Source: Vitrella brassicaformis CCMP3155 (Eukaryota; Protista; Chromerida). Taken from it: DNA of 64,000 bases. How positions within the stretch are numbered: position 1 is the stretch's first letter; every line of letters starts with the position of its first letter. The position numbers were made by a program, and so were the translations under genes. The DNA lies in the NCBI GenBank assembly GCA_001179505.1, contig CDMY01000613.1:186001-250000 (forward strand), written 5' to 3'. This document shows, piece by piece, positions 48,752-59,978 of this stretch. A model generated the notes under the pieces. That model saw only the letters and a program-made list of their open reading frames with translations. It did no database searches and was not told where the DNA came from.

Positions 48752-51700
48752 TCATGCCGCCCTGGGATGGACCTTCAGGCTCACGCCTCCAGTGAGAGCG
48801 TCCAGCAGCCGAGACAGGAAGGACGTCAGCGCCAGGAAGCCCCCTGACCGACCACACACACAGGGAGGGAGAGATGGAAAGGGGCCAACGTGTGGCCGGG
48901 CTGGATCGGCCGGTCGGTCGAATGAATGAATTAATGAGCTGATGAGGGAGGGGAGGCGACGTACCAAAGATCTTGCAAAGCTCGACCAGGTAGGCGGCAT
49001 ACGACATCTCCTGAGCACACGAACCGAACCACCGATGAGACGACACGACGACCCACACATGGTATGGATGGTATCAGTTGTCTCCTGTCCCACCTCCCAG
49101 TAGTACTCGACACGAATGGGATCGATGTCGTAACGAAAAAACACTGCGGGCATGCAGGAGGACCACACCACACCACACCGTACTTAGGCGGGCTGCAGAC
49201 CCGGGGTTGGCTTGACACAAGCAAGAAACATACGTACCTGCGGGCCCGACGAGTTCGCTGGTAATAAAAGAGCTGGCCGACAGCTGGTACCCCCTGGCAG
49301 CCTCAGACGCGCCTGCCGGCTGCAATGACGACGGGATGACCGTCAGGTAATACTGCACACACAGACACAGACACAGACGCACACATGAGAGAGATGACCT
49401 ACACACGCCTTACTGTATGAGCGGGGGGTGTCGGTCGCCGTCTGACTGACTGCCTGACTGACTGACCTGGAATGTGTATGCAGGTGGCGACCGAAAGTTG
49501 TCCAGCGGGATGCGATTCTGATAGGGAGCAAAGCACAGAGTGAGTGATGTCGGCTCGGTTCCCCCCACCCATCCTCACCCCTCCCTCTACCGTTACCCCA
49601 CCTGCAGCTTGGTGAGCGCCCACTGGTGTCTCCATGAGTGCTTCTCATCCTCCTCTGGGTCGCTGATGGACAGGTGGTGGATGGTGTGCTCCATGTCCAC
49701 ACGGCCGCCGCCAAACGCCTGGACAGACAGTACACACGGACCGCACGCAAGGAGCCACAACATGACATGAGCAGGGCAAACAGACAATGAACGAACGATG
49801 AAATCACCACCGACTGACATTACCGATCTGAGGGCTTCTTGTGGCAGGGCGTGCGTGGCGATGTGGAAGTTGCCCGGCACCTGCATCCATTTATCAAATC
49901 AAACACGACAGTGGACTGGACAGGGCTCCCCATCAAATGGAATGTGCTTTCTCACTGCCTGACCCGATAGGTATCGAAGTAGCCATAGATCTGACACGTC
50001 TCGTCACGCTGCTCTCGTAACTTGGCCAGCTGCACACACACACACACACACACACAGAGGGAAGGGATGGCCATGTGTGTCGTGTCGTGTACGCACCTCA
50101 GCTTCGTGGAACGAGGGCAGCACGGGCAAAAAGTACTGCACCATACCACCTGGCCGCGAGTGCTGAATGACGGCAGCAGGCGCAGGAGCAGCAGCAGGGG
50201 CCACCTTGACAGCGGCGTCCTCGGCCGTCAGTCTCCGCCGCCTTGCCGACACCTCCACGTCACCCTCATGCTGCTGCTCCTGCTGACCTTGGTGCTGCTG
50301 TTCTTGCTGCTGCTGCTCTTGCCCCTGTCCGTCCCCCTGCCCGACTTGAGCAGGGCCCCCTGCTGCCTGCTGATCCTGCGGTGGTGGTGCCTGAGCATCG
50401 CCGTCCTGCCCGCTGGCCGCTTCCTTCGGTGGTTGCCTTGCGGCCTCCTCGGCTGGCTGCGCAGGGGGTGCTGCAGGGGGAGGGCCATCTGCTTTTGGCT
50501 GCTCCTGCTTCTGCTGCTGCTGCTGCTGAACTGGCGGCAGTGGCTGCTCCGGCTCGTTGGCCTTGGCCATGTCTTTCTGCTGCTGGACGGCCTCCTGGAT
50601 GCTGCGGTGAGAGTCGGGGGGCGGCTGCCTGGGTGGCATGGGGGGCAGCACTGGTGGAAGGGGGGACGCTATGGACCTGGACGGGATCTGGCCAGCTGAC
50701 ATGGGAAGAAGGATGTGTGGCTGTGTTGGTTGGCTCGTGCGCGTGTGTGTCTGTGGCTGCTTGCCTTTTACGGCCTGTTCGAGCACTTTGTCGTCCTGTG
50801 CGAAGTGTTTGAAGGTGCCCGGTGCACCTTGCTGCTGGTCCTCCGTCTTGGCGGCCTCCTTGGGCGCCATGTCGTGGTCGTGAGAGGCCAATAGGTCCTT
50901 GGCCGTCACGCCCGTCTTCGGCTGGGTGTGCTGGGCTACACGCACAACGACAGACAGACAGGACATGCCATGGGAGAATTCAAGTGTGTGTGTTGGTTCA
51001 GATGGGATGCGCTTGCCTTGTTCGATGATAGATGGGATGACCTGGCCCAGGTTGAAGTCGCCGAGACGAATAATGGTTGGAGGCCTGTACATGGACGCCG
51101 CCTGCGGGTCATTCCTGACGCACACACCCATGCATGCATACGGATGACCAAGCGGACATCTCCTTTTCTCCCTCCCGCATATGTACCCACCTGCATTGTT
51201 CGACATCCTCGATCCTGGGCAGAGCCCATCTTCTCAGCCGGTAGGCCAGCATCACGTCCGAGCAGGTGTTGCAGCAGTCGTCGTCACCCCCCGCGCCGTA
51301 GCACGTGCCACACGTCTCATTCTTGCCTCCCTGCAGATCCATATGAAGGGAAGCCTCCCACTCCTGTCACATCAAACTGGTATGTGTATCCTTCGATCAA
51401 GGCCCACCACTTTTAATGACGGTCCCGTCACGGATGTGGATTTCCTTTGCATGCCTCCCTGACTGGGGTCGTTCATCGAATCACGAGTTCTCAGAGGCCT
51501 GCATGCACAGTATCCACCATCACACACACACACACACACACACAGACAGACAGACAGACAGGCGTGTGTTTCTTCGGTCCTGGTGTGTGTGTGACCAGAG
51601 AGCGTTTCTTCGGCCCTGGTGCTGGCAGTGTCAGCTGACCTGCCAAATCTGTCGAGCCTCTTCTTGAATATGGTGCTGCGCACATCGACCACGTGTGAGC

Positions 51701-52212
51701 CCATGGCATCCTGGATGGACACACACTCACACAGTCAGTGGCTGGCACGTCTGTGTAGAGCGACGGACAGACAGACGGCGTACTGTACCGAGAAGTCGAG
51801 GGAGATGGCCGAGCACGGCAGCGAGTGCAGTGTCATGTTCAGGTTCACACGCATCTTCTTCATGTCGGGCCCAGTGTCAATCACAAACCTGTAGCCTCAA
51901 GCACTTACAATCAATTACACGCAGCCGGCCGAGCACACAGCCCGCGATGCGATGCGGCTGTGTTCACTTTGCTTGCTGACCTTCTTCTGGGTTGCGGCGT
52001 GAGGAAGTTCTGCAGGCTGGTGTAGCCGAAAAAGACGATAAAGGCGAGGCACAGCAGCGAGAGGAATGAGTGATAGGGCGGCTCGGTCTGACTGCGGATC
52101 TCATACGGGATCTTGCTGCACCACACACACACACACAGACAGGCAGCAGTGCAGTAATGCGCAGTCAGTCAGATCTGGCGCACCGAAAGAAGTCAAAGTC
52201 GCGAAATCCCAT
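48752..52212 (-). CDS. ERGIC3: ER-Golgi intermediate compartment protein 3 / Erv46 with a large Q/P-rich luminal insertion
   Basis: MGFRDFDFFR|KIP..., TM1, FVIDTGPDMKKMRVNLNMTLHSLPCSAISLD, CGTCYGAGGDDDCCNTCSDVMLAYRLRRW, CQIYGYFDTYR|VPGNFHI, HTIHHLSI, YYLTVIP, VFFRYDIDPIRVEY, TM2 and C-tail ...LKVHPRAA*. Confidence 0.92.
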
Positions 52213-54809
52213 GGCTGCGCAAGATCTGTACTTCTGCCTCCTAGCAATAGGTCATCCCTTCACTGCACGCGTGAAAGCTAAGCTCGCAGACGTCGAGGGT
52301 TTCTCGGGTTCAGGGTTCGTTCCAGAAAAGCCCTGGAGAGGGTCTCGACAACAGCGGGACCTTCGCTGTTGTCGAGTTGTTCACTTCTTTTGTCGCTCTG
52401 TCCACTTTTTTGCGTCGTCCGTCCCTGTACTGACCATTTGGTACTGACTGGCGTCGAATCGTCTCATTCTGCTCTCTCTACGCTGTCCGATGCCGAAAGC
52501 GGTATGTCAGGGCAGCAGGGCGTGCATGCAGTAGCCGCATCCACCGGCAGCCTCACACTGATACGAACAATGTGTGTGTGTCATTGCAGGGCTCGAAGAA
52601 ACCCGCATCAGGCCGCAGCCAGCCCTACTGCAAAGGCGGCAAGACCAAGAAGGCCAAACAGAAGGCGACTGACCAGGTGCAGCTCACGATTCAGCGGCAG
52701 AATGCCGCCGAGCGAGAGGCCGTGTTCGGCAATGGCGGGATGGCGAAGCTCCAGGCCATGACGCCCGACTACAGTGAGGCGGCGTTCAAGAACAACCTGA
52801 CGGTGGCACAGCACCCCTCCATCATTCCCGCACACAAGAGCCGCGTAAGGAAGCAAATCACACACACGCACTCTGACCATCCGGCGTGTGTGCATCGTGT
52901 GGTGGCTGTGGTGGTGTGGTGTGTGCAGGACCGTTATGAGGTGTCTGAGGAGTTCGTGCAGGGCTGCGGCAACACGTTCAAGCAGTTCCGCGCCTTCGCG
53001 GTGGACCGTGTGGCGGACGGCTGCGACCGCATGGACGTGGCGAGGGCGGCCCAGCGCCTGGCTGTGCGCCTCTTCGACCACTATGAGCACAAACGTAACT
53101 CCACACACACACACAGGGGATACACACACTGAACTCATTCCCTCTTTGCTGTGGTGTGGTGTGTTGTGGTGTGCAGTGTGGCAGCAGCGGAAGGACGAGA
53201 CCGACCTGCTGGTCCGCAACCCAATGGCGGTACGTCAAATCAATCCACACACACACAGACAGACCCGAGAGCCGTGTGTGTGTGTGTGTGTATTGTGTCT
53301 GTCAGGTGGGTTTCGCGTGTCTGTTGATAGCGTCCAAGTACGAGGAGAAGGTGCCGGTGCCGGTGGCCCAGCTGGTCGACCTCATCAACGAGGTGCTGGC
53401 CAGCGGCATGAGGGACCGCACCTACACCGCCGTCGACCTCCTCAACTTGGAGATCCACATACTCATGTGCGCCCGCACACAGAGGGAGGGAGGGAAGGGT
53501 GACACTTGTGTGTGTGGTGCTTGCAGGACGGTCGGCATGGAGTTGCCGGACTCGACTGTGGTCACGTTTGCTGATCGGTTCGCCAAGGCGGGCGGCATCG
53601 CCATGGGCTCCATGGAACACGCCTTCGTCCACTTCCTCCTGGTGAGTACACACACACACATCTCAACACCACAGCACACCATGGCACCACTCATATGTCT
53701 GTGTCGTGTTTGTGTGTGTGTGTGTGTGTGTGCAGGAGCTGTCGTTGACGGACTATAACTTCTCCAAGTACAAGGCCAGCATGACCGCGGTATGGACACA
53801 CACACACACACACACAATAGACACACACACATACAAACCAACGCCCATTTCTCGCCTCGCCCTCACTGTCTGTGTGTGGTGTTGATGACATGCTCCCATG
53901 CCATCGATCGGTCAGGCTGCTGCCGTATACATGAGCCGCAAGAAATTTCTGCTCCAGGAAGGCCAGCCGCTGCACGGCGAGAGAAGCTGGGTGCGTCTGA
54001 CGGAGGAAAAGGAACACACCATGGATGTCGTGACGGCTGGGTGTTTGTCGTTTGTGTGTGTGTGCAGACGGACACGTTGGTGACAGTGACGGGCATCAAG
54101 AAGGGTGCGCTGTTTGGCGAGTGCGTCACGCGGCTCGGCGACCTGGGGAGGAGCTACGGCAAACCCGACCAGGCTGTGGTGCGTCTACACGGCAGGCGCT
54201 CACTCTCACGGATGGACACACACACACTTCTCTGTGCGGATCTGTGTTGATGCAGTGCCAGCATGACGCGCTGATAGCTAAGTGGTCGCTGCCGGGCTAC
54301 TTCGGCATCGGCAGCATCTTGTACTACTGATGCCCACACAAACCCCGAGACACACATACACACACACTGAAGTGAGCGACCAAGCACCACCACAGCCAGC
54401 GCACAGGCAATGTGCGATGTCATTACCTGCCGTGTGTGCAGCTGACTGTTTGGTTGACTGCTTGGCTGGTGGTGATGCACTGACGGCGGGGCTGCATGCT
54501 GATGGGAGCCCCACCCTTACACACACACACACCACACCGATCCCCATACTCACCGTAGAGAGCGGGCGGGCGGATGAATTCATGGGCGAGACGCCACCGC
54601 CAGTGAGATCGATGTTTCTTTTGTCGTAAGGGGGCACGCCAAGTCACATAAACACACACAGTAGGTGGTGCAAAAGACGCCGACCGACTGACCACATGAT
54701 AATACACAGGCAAAGAAGGAAGGACTCTCTTGGTGGAATTGCAAAACCGGCTGGCGTGTGGGGTGAATGGATGGTTGACGGTGTGGTACGGGGGTGGGCA
54801 GCATGATGG

Positions 54810-54842
<33 letters not shown>

Positions 54843-54926
54843 CGGCAAGCGGCCTGACGCGAGAGACATTCATTACATGAAGCACTTATGTACGTGTAAA
54901 GGTCGATGACACGACACCATGGTCCA
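51928..54926 (+). repeat. Inverted segmental duplication, probable source copy (paralogous to 17766-20868)
   Basis: See 17766-20868. ERGIC3 is intact only at this locus. Confidence 0.93.
52490..54330 (+). CDS. A/B-like cyclin, paralogue 2, 9 exons
   Basis: MPKA|GSKKPASGRSQ...QFRAFAVDRV...VGFACLLIASKYEEKVP...LLNLEIHILM...ELSLTDYNFSKYKASMTA...GYFGIGSILYY*. Same exon structure as paralogue 1. Confidence 0.9.
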
Positions 54927-55162
54927 TCACCCCAACGCCCCCTCTGATACAACCAATGCCACCGGCCCTTCCTCCTGGGCCGCCGCAGACACGCAGACAC
55001 CGAACGAGCCAGGCACACTGACAGCCGCGCCCGAATCCATTGCTCGACCCGGCCGACACCATATCTGTCCCATCCGCCCCTCTTGTTGATGAGCTCGGCC
55101 AACCGGCGAATGAAGCGATCGGCCTCCCTCCCATAGACGCCGTCACACGTCACGGCAGCCGC
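54927..55162 (-). mobile_element. 3' fragment of a CRE-like (restriction-like endonuclease) non-LTR retrotransposon
   Basis: Translates AAVTCDGVYGREADRFIRRLAELINKRGGWDRYGVGRVEQWIRARLSVCLARSVSACLRRPR. This resembles the conserved C-terminus of CRE-type ORFs (DG..G.EA..F.KRLA..L..KW...Y..V..W.RARLS..L.R....CLRG.R), recognised from memory rather than by a search. Confidence 0.7.
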
Positions 55163-55900
55163 TTACCGACCGTTCCTGTCGTTGTGCAGTAAAAGCCCTT
55201 GCTTTTGTTGGGGCGAATGCTTTTGAGCAGCCGCAGGGGCGGGGTGGAGCAGTCTGGGCCAAGGCTGAGCTCCATAGCTCGAGGGTCCGACGTCTTGGCC
55301 GGTGCAGGGATCCAATGGGGCGGCGGCTTGACGATCTTCCCGTCTGCGTCGACACGCGCACACCTGCCGATGCCCACGCCGCTCACATCGGGCCCCCCCA
55401 TCGCGCTGTCCCCATCGCGAATGCTAACGCGCTTGACTATACACGTCTCGCCCTTGGGGCAATCGAAATGGCGGTGGTAGGAATAGCCGTTGTAGTAGTG
55501 CTTCTCGTACTCGATGCTCGCCTCCGATCGGTAATGTACGAAGGAGAGGACGCACATCTTTGGCCCCGGCTGGAACGACGCGCGGCCGAGGGAATCTGTG
55601 GCAGACAGACACAACAAAAGATATGGCATTGCATGCAGACAGAGCAATATATGGCCTCTGGCCTTCTGCATGCACGGCAGGGTGTCGGTTGCCCGTTCGT
55701 ACCGCTCAGGGCGCCACTCTGTGACTGCATGGGGATCCTGTTGGCATCGGCCAGATCCTGCTGCAATGCCGCTGCTGCCGCAACAAAACACAAAATCATA
55801 TATCAGGCCCGTTTCCCATGCAATGTGCCCATATCACCGTCGCATTGGTGGGTGGCGCAGGAGAGAAGGAGCAGCAAGAGAACGAGGGGAGGCGCTATCG
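55150..55900 (-). CDS. Cys-containing hypothetical protein, possibly secreted and possibly 3'-truncated
   Basis: Exon DSLGRASFQPGPKMCVLSFVHYRSEASIEYEKHYYNGYSYHRHFDCPKGETCIVKRV...GFYCTTTGTV ends at a GTAAGC donor (~55166) a few nt before the retro fragment. A hydrophobic PLVLLLLLLSCATHQCDG exon lies near 55845-55900, but I could not place a start codon. Confidence 0.5.
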
Positions 55901-56015
55901 GAGCTTTCTTCGTCTCCCGGACCGTAGGCCCCCATAGAGTTCCGATTCACTGTTGGCCCCAAAAGGGAAGACGCCCCCATCGTGCCCTCACAGAAGTGAC
56001 AGACGGAAAGAATCA

Positions 56016-58274
56016 ATGGGGGAGGTCAACGAAGTCACTATTGCTGAAGTCATCATCGACACGCCAGCTTCCTCACAGGAACAGCAGCAACCCATCACGA
56101 AGCTCAGCGACGAGAGCACGGGCGCGGCTGCGGCTGCGGAGACCTGTTCAGAGAAGGGGGCTGGGGACAATGAGGGCGGAGAAGAAGATGGGCAACCATT
56201 GCGGAGGGAGGAGTGCGAGTTGGCGGCCATGGTAGCTGAGTTTCGACTCTGTGCGGGACCTGCAGCCTCCTTTCAGGAGTTCGAGACTCACTTACGCTAT
56301 GAAGGGGATTCTTTTGTTGGTGCTGTGTTCACCCCGGAGCCCTTTTGGAAGACAGTGAGGCGGACGGCAAAGGTACTCGTCTTCCAAGTGGCCGCTGCGG
56401 CAACCATCGCATCTATTTGGTCTCTGATTTGGGTGGGATACTGGTGGGTCTGCTGTGCGAGAGGACGGTGGATGACAGTGCTTGATGTCGCTCGCCGGAT
56501 TGTTATTGCCCTATGCTTTGTCACTATGGTGCTTCTCGTGGCTGAAGGCAGCTTTCGTGGGGCCCTCCATCGCTTGACAACCACGTGGCCCTTCTTCGCT
56601 CCCGCCGTCATCATACACGTCGGCGCTGTTGTGTTCTTCCACGTGGAGGTCTTGCTGCCTTACCGCATCATTGCGGTCTGTTTCATTTATACGCAGATGA
56701 TCGTCCTCCCATTTGCGTAAGGAAGGAATAGATGAAGGACACTCTTAAAATTGCAGCTCACACTCTCTCGTGTGCTCCCCGCAGGGTCTTCCGCCAGATG
56801 GCTCGGACATCGAGGACAGTCGTGAGGAAGCGGCGCTATGTCCTCCAAATGGGGCTCGTATTCTTTCTGCTAGCGACTATTCCGTCTTCAACACGATCCT
56901 ACTTCCTGCCGCTTGCCAAAGACGCAGCGAGCGGTGGCGGAAGTGCTCGCGGCAGGAGCATTGTCGTCATCACTTGGTTGCTCGCAATGTCTCCTGTTGT
57001 TGCACTCTGTAAGGACATCGTAGTGCACCATTCTCGTATGCCTTCAATTGGCCTTCAGTGACGGCGCTGGTCCGTTCATTGCGCGACGGTCCTGCACTGC
57101 AGACGGGTCCGGCGATCTCTTATCCGGCTGTAGTTTTGGTTCTCTTTCCACGGATCGTACAAGCAGAGATGCAGCATCTGTCGTCTCAGGTGAGTTGGAC
57201 TATGCTGCCTGTGCCTTGTCCAAATTCCTCTTCCTTCTCTCGTCTCTTCCCAGGTTTTGACCTCACTAATCCTTGCGTCATTCGACTTGTATGTGCCCAT
57301 AGCCACAGCACAACAGAGATGCATGCATGCGTGTGTATATATGTGTGTGTGCATGTGTATGTCAGAGTATCTGACATGGCCATCCCATATGGTTGGTAAC
57401 AGACATGACACTCTGTCTGTCTCTCTGTCTGTCTGTCTGTGCATGCAGTGATGCTTCTTGGCGGTGCAGCTAAGAGAGCTTTGGTGCGGTGCCTGCTGTC
57501 ATGCGAAGCACGCAGGAAAGTCCGACATCAGCATTCAAATGACACGTCCCACACCATCGCTGCCGAAGACACCAAAAACACTAAAGAAACAATCACCGAC
57601 AAGCAGCCTCCGGCCAAACTGCTCAGCCGTCTGTCAAGTACCGTGATGAGCTTCTACACAAGGAGTCGCACAGGTGACAGCACTCTTTTCAGCCGCCAAT
57701 TGCTGAGGTCCTTGAGCTCGTTTCTCGATGTCCCCACACGAGTTGTCCAGTTCAGGCTTCACCCAATATTCCTCAGAAGACTCAGCGACGTAAGGGAGGA
57801 GCAAGTGAATTGTCTTCATACCTTCAAATCCACGTCTCGCTGTTCTGGCTGATTTCCGTCGATCAGCGATGAATGCAGCAGGTGCACGCTTACGGATTGG
57901 TGGAACTTACGGTGCTCATTCTCACCAACCTATGCATCATCACTCTCGACCAGGTGCTGTCTCCATCGGTTCCGCAGCTGCTTGAAAGGATGGCTGGTCT
58001 GCTGATCATGGTGTTTATCGAGCTGGTCTTTGAGGGCGTGCTGTTCATCTGGTTGGTCCGGTCCGCCGATTTGCCCCTCCTTAGAAGCATGGCGGAGCCC
58101 GGTTCTATGAAGATGTATGTAGTCGGACTGGCGATCGGCGGCGGCCTATGTATGCTTCGTGGAGGGCCATACTTTGTGCTGTGGAACTTGAGCGCTGTGG
58201 ATGAAAGCAGATACGGCCAAATGGGGATGCAGGAGTTCTGTCCATATCACTCGACCCTGCAAGGTCTGCCATAG
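56016..58274 (+). CDS. Multi-pass membrane protein of unknown function, about 6 exons
   Basis: ORFs 55953-56720, 56732-57061, 57058-57399, 57439-57852 and 57873-58274 join through GT-AG introns, including a 50-nt intron 57009-57058 that removes the apparent stop. Roughly 8-10 hydrophobic helices. Confidence 0.7.
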
Positions 58275-58966
58275 GCTTCGTGATGACTTGTGTACGCGTA
58301 GAGATGAGATCAAGGAGTAGGTATAGAGCGGTAAACGACTGTCTGGCCTGCCTTGTGAATATACCAACGGTATGGCATGGCACAAGGGACTTTTGCTTAC
58401 GTCAATGTGTCATTTGTGGCAATTAACGAATGTGGACAATGCTGAGACACTCTTGACGTGAGTGGCTGGGATCTCTTTGTCTTCGAAGCCTGTATGCCTG
58501 GCCGTCTCGCTGATGTTCACTGAAGAATTTTCTTGATGTCTGTCGTGTCTCTCCTCATTCGCAGGGTCGTCAATCACTCATATGCGATATGCGGCTGTAA
58601 ATGTATATATACACGTACTTATGTCTCATCTGCATTTCCGCTTTCCTTCCATGTATATCCTTGTGTATATCAATTTGTATGTACGCGCCGTCCAGACCTC
58701 GCCAGTCGATCTCTCGTTCGCTGCCCGTCTTTGTGTGCCGTACATGGTTGTTGCTCGGCGTTTCCTTCTTACTTTCGTGTAGTCGTTGCACTGACGGCCT
58801 TGAGTTATGGATGGACTTCTGTGTCCTTCTATCTACCGTAGATCAACCCCGTATCTACCGTGGAATCACGTCACCCTCCGGCCGCGGCCCCCCGAGCCGC
58901 GGCCCCGTTCGGCCCCTGGTTTGTCCCTGCTCTCCCCTCCGGCCACCTCCCCTCTTCTTCTCCTCC

Positions 58967-59719
58967 ATGGATGCCACTGCCTCCAGCAGTCTCGCGTCCA
59001 GTCGAAGGTGAGCGACAATCACAACGACCTCCCCCACCCACCCCCAAATGATCCATGACGGATGCTCCTTCCATTGTGGGTGCATGCGTGGCTGATGGAT
59101 GCAGGTTCTGCATAAGCGACAGCAGCCACATCCACTACCTCAACCATTCCCTCGGGCTCGTTTCGGATGCACATGAGGTCAGACTCAATGAATGGCCCCC
59201 CTTCCCTCATGACGTGCACTGCTCATGCCGCCCATGCAGCGTCTGCGGCGGCATGAGCACGTGACAGACGAAGAGCTGCTCATGACGGGGGTCTCCAAGG
59301 AGGGGCACGGTGACCGACCAAGCAGTCAGAGAAAAAAGAGGAACGTGTGTTGTCTGTCGTTTGCTACTCATGCGCACACAGGGCGGGCTGCCTACTTGAA
59401 GTCCCGCAAAAGGCTCAGCCCACAGGAGCGGTAGGCAAAGGCCAACACCTGAGAGACCGTATGTAACGCTTCAAGCGCCTGTCTGCCTGCAGCTATCGGC
59501 GTCCGATGACGGCCAGCCAGGAGATCGGCTGGAGGGCATGGGAGCCGCCGAAGAAGACGAGTTTCTACGTGCGGAAGCCGCTCATCCAGGCCACCTTCTA
59601 CCGACCCACAGGCGTATGCCGCCGGCCCATTCACAGAGAGACACGGATGCCTTGTGCTGTCTGATATCTCTCTTTGTTTGTGCTTGCAGGCGTTCGATGC
59701 CTGGAAGACTGACAAATGA
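58967..59719 (+). CDS. SPMIP1/ATP6V1FNB-like axonemal microtubule inner protein candidate, 6 small exons
   Basis: Spliced: ...EELLMTGVSKEGH|GRAAYLKSRKRLSPQER|YRRPMTASQEIGW...|AFDAWKTDK*. Resembles the LLY.G.S.EG.GR..YL..R....P.E.Y..P..SS.EYGW pattern, recognised from memory. Confidence 0.65.
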
Positions 59720-59978
59720 CCGTGGTGGCGCTGCGCAGGAGGAGTACATTGGAATGCACGTGTGTGTCTCGTTGAGTCAACTCTTGCACGCAAAATGCAG
59801 AAGGAAGGATGGTCAGCCTGATTGAGGATTCAATGAGGAATATACATTACATATGTCGTGGGCCAATGTATACGGACTTACACGAGCTGCTGTACACTGC
59901 ATCCAACGCTCGTCAGATCACTCACTGATAGGACGAGTGAGCGCATGTACGCCACACACTGATCCTTACTAGATGCCC

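Noticed and set aside
57040-57065. Apparent frameshift or TGA readthrough in the membrane-protein gene
   Set aside because: Explained by a canonical 50-nt GT-AG intron (57009-57058).
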